Made by a program: the position numbers and the translations under genes. From the NCBI GenBank assembly GCA_904063045.1, contig CAJFCJ010000018.1, positions 998,443-1,046,527 on the forward strand: a stretch of 48,085 nucleotides of DNA, given 5' to 3'. This document shows positions 23,862-35,388 of the stretch, in pieces. Below the pieces are notes generated by a model. That model did not search any database. It was not told the DNA's origin and saw nothing but the letters and a program-made list of their open reading frames with translations. This stretch comes from Dimorphilus gyrociliatus. Its lineage: Eukaryota; Animalia; Annelida. The first letter of the stretch is position 1. Each line of letters opens with the position of its first letter.

Positions 23862-25829
23862 TCTTTGCTGGTTGAGGTATCTTGATTTGTTTTTTAGGAA
23901 TGTTTCACGAAGAGCACAGATGAACTGACTTTGGTCTTTGGGAAAAAGAATACAATAATACTCAGTTTATGTAGAGTGTAACACTTACTTTTATGACACT
24001 TTTGATGGAGAATTTGATTGCATATAACACATTTTATTCTTGATAGACCTCTAGTAACCAAGTCAAATTATCAAATTAGGGTTATGCACTCCTCAAATTT
24101 GTCAACAGGAAGTAAGGAACTACGCTTTTTCTCACTAATTCTCATTCATTATTTCATTTATTTTCATTTATTTCTATTTATTTCATTATTTATGAAATGC
24201 ATTTTAATATCCTTAATTAATCAAATGTTTAGAATTGGGGCTGAGTTTTCTGAGGGACGAGTTTTTCCATTGCCATTTTCATGTTGTTTTAGTAAATAAA
24301 TCACTTCAAACTATTCTTATCATTTTAAGTATACAGTATTTTTTTAACATCTATATTTATCATTTTCTATATAAAATATATATTTTGGCTATTTTCAACT
24401 GACCTCTGGCCGCTTTCAACCATATTCATAATAATTTGTCATGAATTAACTCTTGTAGCTGTTAAGTTGTTCTTGCAGTCTCAGTAGTAAAATCTAATAA
24501 TTGATACTTTCAGAGTAATTTAAGGGTTATTTTTCACTTGAATAGGCCTATAGTGGATGTTAAAGATTGTCCTAATGATTTTTAACAATAGGCATAAAAA
24601 ATTTTCAATATAATATCTCTCCAACTCTTATCTATTATAAATATTTATCAATTTCAAGTTGTTTTCCAAAAATACTTGTTGCTCTTTTTTCTTTACAGAG
24701 AACGGAGTCGCTTATTCAGCTTACTCTTCATAATATAAGAACAAATTTGTATTTAAACAGCATAATTTGTCAGAAGTATAATTGTGTAATAACACCAGAA
24801 ATTGGGCAGCAAATATTTCAATTTTGCAGTAGCAATGACGCTTTCTGACAAAGAATTATCTTTTTTTAGTAGCGAAATTGTAAAATAAATAATTAAAGAA
24901 TTTCCTGCAAAATTTATATGCCTATATTACAACATTTAGAAAGGGTTATAAGAATATTTGTCATGGATTAAAATATTCATCATCAAAAAAAATTTATAAG
25001 AGAATGATTTATAATCTCTTTTTATCAATGGATACGACAGAAAAACATTGATAAATGCCTGCTTTTACTCTAATCCTAATCTCAACCCTTGGCTGTGCCT
25101 AACCTTTTCCATTACCCTAACCCTATTTTAATGCCTGGCTTGGGATATGCAACTGCCAATGATAGTGGCTTTAGTAATGATCAGAGTGTTGGAAGTATAA
25201 CAAAAATTACTTATCCAGGAGCAGCCAGAGACAAATTTTAATGATTTTGTGATTTTGTTATGAATCTCATTTTTCAAATGAAAAAATGATTGATTGTCCC
25301 CAAGGTAGAGAGTGAAACTTCTCATCTGTTAGATGATTGTATTTTGATTATTTATTTAAAAGAGATCAATAACTTTTTTAAATGAAGAGTAATGAGAACA
25401 ATATAAAATAATAGTAATATAAATAGCTATTTGTAAGAAACTACAAGAGCCTAATTAAGATTCTATTTCCTGTTTTGTCATGAAAATATTATGGATAGAA
25501 TTCTTGTATGGCTAGACTTTTTAGAGAATCCTATTAGTCATCTTTCATAAGCCTACTTTTGCTATACAATGACAAAATCTGTATCAAATTCTCTATTCTC
25601 TTGTTTCGAATGATATAATTTTAGAAAATTATATATCACATACAAAAATACAATTGAAACATTTGAAAAGATTTTCCATCTATAAATATGAGGCACTACT
25701 CACTCAAATTTAAAACTTTCAACTTTCACCACGAAAAAAATTATCAGTATTTTTATAATTTTGGTTTTTTCTCTTAGTAAGTGCTTTTTAGTTTTTATAT
25801 ATAATTGATTAACGGTTTATGTCATTGCA

Positions 25830-26600
25830 GATTTTGAGACAGTAACCAGTGAAGCTTCTATTACAGTTACTACTATTGGAAAGCAACCATATGAAGAAGG
25901 CCAGATTGTTAAAATTCAATGTTGTTTCTTCAAGTTCTTTAAGATGAGTGTAAGAAAATTTTTCCCTAATTTGTTTTCAAAGGTTAATATTTCTCTTTTC
26001 TCAATTAAGCCTCGAAGAACAATCTGCTATTATGGTTCTGAAAATTTTGCATATTCTTCAACTACAACTATTCAAATTATTGATCCATCTGGAGGAAATG
26101 GTGATCCTCATTTTAGACTGCTTGTCTCTGATAGCAGAGGTGAAAATATCCATAAAAATATTTATTTCGATGTGACTGCTAAAGAAGGCGATAAAATTGA
26201 AATATTTAAGGATGAATCAGATAATATTACCATATATGGAGAGTTGAAGGATGATTATTATCTTCACAATATACATGTGTATATTGATAGAAATTTATTT
26301 CAAGCGGGTATTGATCATATCATTTGGCAAAATTCCAATATTTTGTCATGGAAAGATCAATCATTTATAGCAAAAGAGATTGGAAGAGCTATCTTTGTAA
26401 AAAATACAAGATAATTTACTATATCTTACAATCTCAAGATATCATCACATTTGTAAAGAACACAGCTTCTTTATCAAAATCATTGAAAATTCAATATTTG
26501 GGGTTCATCTTGATGTTTTTATCAACAATTTGGAATCATATAAATCGGCTGATGGACTTTTAGGTTTCAGACAAAATCAATCACCTCAAAATTCATGAAA
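25830..26600 (+). pseudogene. Inter-alpha-trypsin inhibitor heavy chain C-terminal-like domain fragment
   Basis: GNGDPHFRLLV..IYFDVTAKEGDKIEIFKD..ITIYGEL, and after a frameshift LGVHLDVFINNLESYKSADGLLGF. Follows the ITI_HC_C motifs (GDPHF..CF..G..L..D..G.L; HGLLGQF). Confidence 0.6.
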
Positions 26601-27179
26601 GGCTGTAATAAAAATAAATAATAAGCCAGTTCCAAGTAGAATTACAACTAGAGAAAAGTTTGTATATATGTCAAGGATCTTCTTTATCCAAAAAATACTT
26701 AATCAGTATATTTCTGGTAATTGATAAAACAGGAACAGCTTGAAAAAAAATTTATGTCTTTTCTCTAACAGTAAATCAAATATAATACTCATACTGTGGT
26801 TACTAATTTATTGTTATTTTAATGACTAGAAACTCTCAATACATAAAGTAAAGGACAAAAAAATCCAGACACATCCAATTTTGATAGACCAACGTTGAAA
26901 ACACCTCAAAAATGTTATCTTTGTTTTAAATTTGTTTTTTTTGTCTAAATTTACATGAAAAAGAGTTACATTTATGTAAATACTAAAAAACAATAGAGAA
27001 AATTGTCATATTTTTTTCTTTACTTGGCAAAAAGTCAAAATTAACCAGACATCTTGAATTGCGTTTAAATAGACATCTTAAACAGTAATTTTTTCAACAA
27101 AATTAATTTTCAAAGTTAAGTTCTGTACTTGTTATCTGTTTTACCTACATTTTATCATTTTTATATCCTCCATATAATT

Positions 27180-28200
27180 ATGGTGTAGGGTAAAGACATT
27201 AGAAACCTAGTAATCCAGAAATATAATAAACTAGGAAAAGTAACGGATACAGCAAGGGCTTGGGAATAGCAAAGTCTACAATAAGCGATATTCTAAGATA
27301 TAAGGCACCCAAACAAGAGAATAGGGGTTGTTCAAAGAGACTCACAGAAAGAGATGTAGCAAGAATGAGTAGGATTGTGAAGAGGCTTAAAAGAAATAAG
27401 GAAGGGCTGACAGCAGTGAAGATTAAAAATGAGTTGAAGGTAGATGTAGGCCTTAAGACAATTTAGAGGCACCTGAAACAGCAAAATTATAAGTATAAAA
27501 GAATAAGACAAAGAGTTGATCTGGGACACAAGAATTGCTTGAGACAAAAACACAATTGTTTGGACAGTATTTCAGATAATGTTGATTGGTCAAAGATCAT
27601 CTTTACAGATGAGGCCAGATTTTCACTTAGTGGTCCTGATGACTTCAGGACATGGACAAATAACAGTGAAAATGATTTTAGATTGACCAAAAATATGGGC
27701 AAGGGTTGAGTAATGGTTTGGAGACTAATAACATCAGATGGGGTGTTTGAGGTTTGCTCATCCCCCAATGAGCAAAAGATTAAATGCTCAAAACTATTTT
27801 GTTTTGTTGTGGAACATATTCTCCCTGTGATTGAAGAAATCTCAGACAAAATGGGGAGAAATTACTTGTTCCAACAAGACAATGCAGGTTGCTACACAGC
27901 AAGAGTAACCAGGAGAGTGTTCAGGGCAAATGGCATACATCCAATTGATTGGCCAGCAAAGAGCCCTGATCTTAGCCCAATAGAAAATGTGTGGCACCTG
28001 ACTAAAAATTTAGTTTATGATGGGGCACAATTCAATACAGAGAATGAACTTTGGGAGAAAAAAAAATATGTGCTTATGACCTAGTCAGTAGAAATCCCAA
28101 CTTGACACCAAATCTCTATGCTGGAATGGGAGGTAGAATAAGAAGATATATTGAATTGGAGGGCCATCAAATTCAGAAACGACAAAAATATTAGTCCCCA
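27180..28200 (+). mobile_element. Tc1-like (DD34E) transposon, degraded
   Basis: HTH LGIAKSTISDIL; WSKIIFTDEARF (D1); VMVW; YLFQQDNAGC (D2); WPAKSPDLSPIENVW (E). In-frame stops are present; TIRs not confidently found. Confidence 0.9.
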
Positions 28201-28231
28201 AACTATTGTCCAGAATATTATGTCTCACATA

Positions 28232-28331
28232 AGACTTCTCTCTAGTGTCCAATCACCACTTTACAACTGCCAAACTGTCTAGTTTACATTTCATAGCTGT
28301 AAAGTGGTGATTAGACAGTAGAGAAAAGTCT
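28232..28331. repeat. Inverted repeat/hairpin (37-bp arms, 26-nt loop) derived from LTR-family sequence
   Basis: 28232-28268 versus the reverse complement of 28295-28331: 33/37 identical. The right arm runs into a degenerate LTR-family fragment extending to about 28520. Confidence 0.85.
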
Positions 28332-29021
28332 ACAATTATATAAACCCTGACTGTTTCACTCCAATTAGCTAACCTCAACCTGGGAGGATCAATTGGAACC
28401 AACATCCATTAGGACCTTGCTACTTCCTCAACATTGGACACTATTTTGGTAACTTGGCAACCTACTGTTACCCACTACTTACTCTGCTATTCAACTTTCA
28501 TATTGTGACTTGCTTCAAGTAGAATTATTCCTTGCAATGCATAAATTAGCCAAGCAAGAGCAGTGCAAATACCATTTTTTGGTTTTTTGTTTCTAAATAG
28601 ATTTTACCATCTGTAAATATTTTATTTTCAACTAATAGTTTTATATGATATGTAACATTCCTTTCATCTAAGTTGAATGAGAAAAGTCTCCCCTTTTCAA
28701 TATCACATCAACAATTCATGTATGAAATTATGAGGTAGAGATGAAAGATTGTCAATTCTCTAACAGTTTCCATTAGAAAATAATTTATTGTTTTTTTTTC
28801 AAGCAGATAAATAGGTTTTATAGTCACTATAGCAATTTTGAAAAATGAATACTATTTATTATAAATCTATATTATTAATTGAGTATTAATTAGCTTAACA
28901 TTGAGAAGAAAGTATAGCTACAATTGTTGACAAGCTTTGATATTTTCTTCATACTGTTCCTGTTTAATCTAGATTTTTGCTTAGGATTACAATAATTATT
29001 AAAGTGAATAATAAAAAATTA

Positions 29022-30092
29022 ATGAGTACTAATGGTAAAAAAATGAGGAAATAGGATAAATATTTTATCAGATAATTAGCACAAAGCAATTATAGAATGC
29101 TTAAAACTGTCTCAGAGCAGAGCTGTATTAGTTTTTTCATCCCAAGTAAAAGTTTGTTGGAAGAAATGAAAGAAACTGTTGAAAATATTACACAATCAAT
29201 ACCTTTTAATCCATCTGTTTTATTGCATTCAACTGGAGAAATGACATTTTCAAAAATTATGCATTTTATACTATCAACATTTGGAGTATTGTTAAATGGT
29301 TTATTCCTGTTTATATATTTTAGATTAAAAACTATTCCAGATACAATTGTAATATTTATTCCAGCAATTTCATTTGTGATCTTGTAATGCCAATTTGGAT
29401 GATTATTGAATCGATCATGGATTTATACTTGAATTTTGAAATGTTTAATCCAACTCTATGTTCAATAATGAAATTAATAGATGTCTCTATTTATAACTTA
29501 CCCCAAATATTTATGTTATTTAGTTTTGTATATAGATATATAATGATTAAATATCCACTGAATTTCAAATTGTATTACAAGATCATTTCTTCTTATTAAA
29601 TTTATTTTAATATTTTCAGCTGTTCAAAGTTTTTTTCCATTATATGTCAAATCAACTAGTAGTGATGATTTTGTGTCATGTCAAGGTCGTTATAGATTTC
29701 CCCATCAATACTACTTTATTTATCTAGCATTTTTCCTATTAAATCTAATTGGAGCAATAATTTTACATATTGATATTATAGCTATTGCTGTAAAACATGC
29801 AAATGATATTGAAATTCAAACAAACAGGGCAAAAAGTATTTCAAAATCTTCAAAAGCAACTTTAATACAATTATTTTTTATGGTTTTTTTATGGTTAGTC
29901 TTATCTATTTGTGGAATATTGTATATTCATACACTTGATTTAAATTTGCTTAAAATTGCAAAATTTTTCAGTTCAGCAATGATTTTACATACAATTTTTG
30001 ATCCAATTATTTCAATTTTAAGTAATTCATCATTAAAATCATCATTAATTAGTCTAGTTTATTGGAAGAAAACTGTTATACCAGTTTATTGA
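29022..30092 (+). pseudogene. Class A (rhodopsin-like) 7TM receptor, chemoreceptor-like, with two frameshifts
   Basis: TM1 FGVLLNGLFL; TM2 restored as ISFCDLVMPIW by adding one T near 29375; LCSIMK..FVYRYIMIKYPL (DRY position); second shift near 29580; TM7 HTIFDPIISIL. Confidence 0.7.
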
Positions 30093-31529
30093 CACAAGTT
30101 GGAAAAGATAAAAGAAAATTATGGATTTATTCTTGCTTTACAGAGAAATTTAATTTAACAACTGACATTGTTACAGGTGGCTCCCTCTACATTTATTGCT
30201 AATAGCTCATTAATTCTGTTTTGCTCTCTTTATATGTCATTATATTTTATGAAATTTTAGGACAATTTTTCAAGAAGTTTGCCAATTTTGAACTTAAAAG
30301 AAAATTTTTCATTCAATTCACGTCATGACAAATCAAGATGCAATAGTTCTACACAATGTAATTGTAATTGTAAGTGTATTCTATCAAGATACCTAGTCTA
30401 TCAATACAACAGTTTGTTGGAAAATAACATTTTAGAATATTAAATGGTTATAAATATATCATTGTGGTTTTAAATGTGGTTTTAATGGTGATTTAGAGTA
30501 GTATCTGTTCATTTTCAAGAACTGAAGAGTTTTGCAATGGTTAGGTTAGGGCTTATTCTTAAAAGTATACACTTTCCATCATTGTAATAAAATACAGGAA
30601 TATCATTGTTAGTATTTCCAGAGATTTGACTTATTTTTACTTAATTATACTTGCAATTTGTAGTTTTTAAGACAGTTACAATCTTTCTTAATGAAAGCAA
30701 TGATTGTGCAGGTTAAACAAAATAAGATATGACACTAATAAAGGCCTTTAAGTGTTGCTAAATTTGTAATTATCCATCATGGGAATGAAAAATCTCTGTA
30801 TCTCTCTAATGCACGATATTAAAGCTTATAAAGCTTTTAATTAATCATCCATAGGTTTCATATCAAAATATACTAAGCTTCTTTTATTTGTATTTAGCTT
30901 TTTGTGTATTAATTTTAATGAAAACTATTCCATTTCCCTGTGATTGACAGGGAATATCCTTGGATATATTCATCTTAATAAAGTTAATACATTATTGGAT
31001 AATGAAGGGGACAAAGATTGATAAAGGCTTGTGTACTTAAATTGAATGATTCATAAACACCTTTCCATTAGATTATGAATAATTGAATAGCATTTAGACT
31101 TCTTCAAACAATCTCTTCCGGTTATGTCTCCTTCTACAACACTGAAATACACAAACAACCCAAGAAAATCCATATATAAATGTCGTTATTGAAATTATTC
31201 TATTATGACGCTACCTTGACTCTTTTCTTCTTCTCCTTGCTCATTAATGTTTCTACATGAGCCTTTGCTATTTACATTCCTTTCAACATTAAATGCTACA
31301 TTGTTAAATAGAATATTATAGGCTTTATTTGTTGGTTTCAATAGTTGTTTTAATATTTTTAAAACTTTCTTCCTTCATTTTCTTTCAGTGGCAGTAAATT
31401 TCCAATGTATTTCAGTAGTTGATATATTTTCTGTGGTTACAACTAAATGAACTCAAACCACTGCTGTTGAATGTTTGTTCATCTGTAGTTTAGTGCATAT
31501 TTCCTTTGTTTGTATAATGTCTGGGATCT

Positions 31530-31822
31530 GTTCTATCAGAAGTATAAACAGAAAATGTGCAGCAGGCATGAACCAAAAGGAAACAAACTTTGTAATTGGC
31601 AAAAACCCACATAATCATTCACCAATAAAAAACTTAGAAACAAGGATTCTTATTAGAAATGAAACCAAAGGCACCTGTTTAACTGATAGAAATTCATCTG
31701 GCAAAAGAATTGCTGAAGGTGTACTGCTCAAGTATTCCAGTGATTTAATCTCATCAAATACAAGTAATTGTAAGGAAGTGGCAAATTGGAATAGAAGAAA
31801 GAAAATTTTTATCCTTTTTTAG
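31530..31822 (+). mobile_element. FLYWCH/MULE N-terminal fragment
   Basis: ICSIRSINRKCAAGMNQKETNFVIGKNPHNHSP..ILIRNETKGTC fits the FLYWCH C..C..HNH pattern. Confidence 0.65.
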
Positions 31823-32158
31823 AAATTCGAAAGGAATGAATGTTATATTGAGCTAAAAGTTGTAAAATAACCGACACACCAAAACAAATTATTAATGATA
31901 AAAGATAAAAATTATATCTCTTTAAATAAAATTTCCAAAAATTTTAGTTTTGAATTTATTAAATCATGTTCTATAAATTTTATACAGTTTGTCAAGTACA
32001 AACAAATTCATATACCAGTTGATTTTTTACAGAATCTTTCAATCTTTATCATATTGTTGACACAATTTGAAAATGTGTCATACACCAATTTAAATTTTGT
32101 CCTGGTTACAAATTTTCACTAAATGAAGGTATCATGTAAAAAAATCTATCAATGATAA

Positions 32159-32793
32159 TGTACTGCTCTTGCTGGCAAAATCTATGCGTTTGCAAGTTAT
32201 AACAATACTGGTTCTACTCAAACCTTTAAACAAATGTTTAAATTAAAACGGTTTATTCTCAATAATAATACTTAAGCAAGTAACAATATGAGAGTTCAAT
32301 AGCAGAGTAGATAGTTCGTAATAGCAGGTTGCCAAATTACCAAACTGTCTTCCAATGTTGAGGAGTTGATGGATGATTCCAGTGGAGGTTGTTTCCAGAT
32401 GATTTTCCTAGGTCCTTGGGTCCAGATGGAAGCTGCATGCCAAATGAGAATAGTGAGGATTTATATACTTTGAGGTTTGCCTCTGACATCCAATCATCAC
32501 TTTACAGTTGCCGAAATGTGTAGTTCATATTTATCTTTAGTAAGAGGATGTTACAAGGTTGAACATTTAGGAAGGTTAATTGAATTATAACTTGGCCACA
32601 CCCTAGGCAAATTAATTAAATTATAACTTGGCCAAACCTTTATTGGTAATTAAAGATGAGCCTTCAAGCTGACTAATCAGACTTATGTTTGGCCAATGTT
32701 ATAGCATTTTCTTGCGTAGGTTTTAAGATGTACATGTATATGTTGCATCAAATAATAGAGTTCAAGCATGCAAAATATAACCAAAGTTGTACA
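32159..32793 (-). mobile_element. Solo LTR (635 bp, Ty3/gypsy-type 4-bp TSD)
   Basis: TGTAC...GTACA termini; ATAA duplicated at 32155-32158 and 32794-32797; minus-strand TATA (about 32460-32468) and AATAAA (32252-32257). Near-identical to 38012-38646. Confidence 0.9.
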
Positions 32794-33098
32794 ATAATAA
32801 CTATAGATTAGAGAAGAAGATATTAAGAAAATTGTAATCATTCCTCAAGATCTGAAACCAATTTCCAGTGAACCTTATGATATATGATAATATTAGATAC
32901 TCACACACTAGTCGTTAAGATAATAAAAAATAAAAAACATAAAATAAAAGTAATCATGTCAGTTCAATGACTTAAAAATTTTGCCAAGCCTTTTGAAGGA
33001 GAAAAATGATCTAAAATAAAATTTAAATGAGTTTTTTTTTCTTCTTATAGATAAGAAAATTGTAGAAAATATTCTATTTTTATTATAAAATCTCTTAA

Positions 33099-35029
33099 AT
33101 GAATTATCTACTCTTGTTCACTTTAGGTAAAGTTATTATATTTTCAATGATTTTCATGATTTAATAAGGTTATTTTTAATTTATTCAACAGCTATTTACA
33201 TTTTGAAATATAGCAATGCGAATTTTGTTTGTCCAATCGATTCGGAACAAAAACCAATTAATGGAGCTTACAGAGATCCAAATCTTTGTGGAATTTATTA
33301 TCATTGCGTTGATGGTTTTGCCTATCCTCAACAGTGTCCTCCAGGACTTCATTTTCAACTTTCAGCTACAACTTGCCATTTCTTTGCCTGTGTTCAATCC
33401 AGCCAATCAGATTGTTTAAAAGTAAAAAATTCAAATGGAAAGAAGGATTCTATTATTCACGAGAAAATACCTCAAATAAAAGCTAATGAATGTCTACCAA
33501 ATTTGAATAGTACCGTTGCAAGCTCAACAAATCCTTCCCTTTATTTTAATTGCGTTAATGGTCTGGCTTGGCCTCAACAATGTCCTCCTCAGACAAAATT
33601 TAACCCAAATTTTAACTTTGACAAATGTTCTGGTGAAATTTGTAGGAAATCTTCTGGTGGTTCTCAACCAATACACGGAGGTTAGAGTGAATGGTCCGAA
33701 TGGAGTACATGCCAACCAATCTGCGGGCATGGATCCAGAACAAGAACCAGATTGTGCAATAATCCTCCTCCGTCGAATGGAGGTAACAATTGTCAAGGTC
33801 AATCATCCGAAAGTGAACAATGTACAAATGGACCATGTTCGCAAAATGGTCCAGCCTTTATGGTCTCTCTAACCGAAACAACAAATGAAAATGCTGGAAT
33901 TATGAATTGGAAGTCGGTAAATCTAAACTCTGGTGGTATGTTTAATGCAGAAAATAATGAGGTAGCAATTAGAACTTCCGGTTTGTACTTTTTTTCAATG
34001 GTATCAACTACAACCAATGGAAATTTAATAAATATGGCAATTGAAAAGACTGGAATTAATCTTGGCATAACCAAAGCAGCATACGAAGGTGCCGAAGGCC
34101 CAGAAACTATGTCAAGGTCTGGTCTAGCTATTCTAACTCCTATCTTTAAACCTCAAATGAGATTGATATCGCCAACAAGCCTTTATAGTACAGCTGAGGG
34201 AAGAGAAACTTCTTGGTTAGGTTTTCATTATAAATCGGATAGTTATCTATTTTGCGGAAGTGATAGACGTCTTCCAGGAGGATACGTAAAATGGCCTAAG
34301 GTTACTGCAATGAAAGGATTTAGAGAGAATAGTATCCTATCCCAATTTAGAGTAGAATCGTCAGGCCTATATTTTCTTAATGCAGGAATGCTGTCCGATC
34401 TAAGTCATAGAGAAGAACATAGAATACGTAGATTAAATATTCAAATATTTCGCAATAACGCCCTATTTGCAACCGTTTTGCAATTTTCCGCATCAATTCA
34501 AACAAATTTGGCAACTGAACAATTCTCTGGATCGAATCTAGTTCATCTAGTTGAAGGTGATGTGTTAACTGCTCATATAATATTGCCTATTTCTTCATCA
34601 ATTGGACCATTAGCCGGAAATAATACTGAAACTTACATGAGTGCATTTAAGATGAATGAGTCATTAGCCTACTTTCAAGCTGAAAATACAGATAGTACTT
34701 GCAATGAGTTTAGGCGAGTTAATTTAAAAACTATCAACATGGACTCAACTTCATCTTGGAATGCAACTAGAAATGAATACATTGTACAAACAGCTGGAAT
34801 TTACTTTTTAGAGTTTACTTTTCAAAAGTATTACAATTCAAAATTGGAGTTGAGAATGTTTTTGAACGGCGAAAGAGTTGCATTATCAATGAAGATGAGT
34901 AGTTTAGATAAGGATTTCTTGTTTACAAGAACCCTTCTACTAGATTTGAAGAAGAATGATAAATTCCATTGGGAGAATTATGGTTGTATTAATGAAAAAG
35001 CATCTATTACTATCATTCAAACTTCTTAA
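33099..35029 (+). CDS. Secreted protein: 2x chitin-binding peritrophin-A (CBM14) + TSP1 + 3x C1q-like domains; single in-frame TAG
   Basis: Exon 1 33099-33126, intron 33127-33191, signal [42 protein letters not shown] and [18 protein letters not shown] are CBM14. [30 protein letters not shown] is TSP1. Three C1q-like repeats (SGLYFF, SGLYFL, AGIYFL). The two ORF-track ORFs share one frame, separated only by TAG 33683-33685. Confidence 0.85.
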
Positions 35030-35388
35030 TAAATTTTTTGCATTCTTTTACCAATTCAATGATGGCTGGCTCCATCTGTTGTTTATTTATAGAATACATT
35101 ATAATTTTGAAACACTTATTCTCATTCATCCAACAGTTCAATAACTAATAGTGCAGCATTATTCTTTCTTACAATGAATATAGGCTGAATTCTTTTCTTT
35201 ACAATTAATTGTTTGAAAACTGAAGAATTTGATGATTAATTTTTTATATTTTTCACAATTACAAACAATTGAATAATTGAAATGGAAAAATCTTGGATTA
35301 TTTATACATTTTGAATAGAAATTCTCAAGTTTAAAGAGAAAGAGGAAAAGAAGAAGAGAAGTCTGTTTGAAAGAGAGAAAAGTTAAGG

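Noticed and set aside
27487-27849. Minus-strand ORFs 27487-27849, 27332-27553 and plus-strand 17219-17416
   Set aside because: Antisense to Tc1 transposase remnants.
380-33685. Alternative genetic code (TGA/TAG read as Trp), suggested by stops at likely Trp positions (382-380, 21902-21904, 22893-22895, 33683-33685)
   Set aside because: Neighbouring Trp codons in the same ORFs are TGG and long ORFs show no internal TGA/TAG. Two of the cases are in dead transposases, and other lesions are TAA or indels. G>A decay in an AT-biased genome explains the pattern.
33216-34074. Overlapping and antisense ORFs (33216-33419, 33516-33872, 33524-33802, 33612-33836, 33799-34074)
   Set aside because: Shadow frames of the relatively GC-richer chitin/TSP1/C1q CDS; no motifs.
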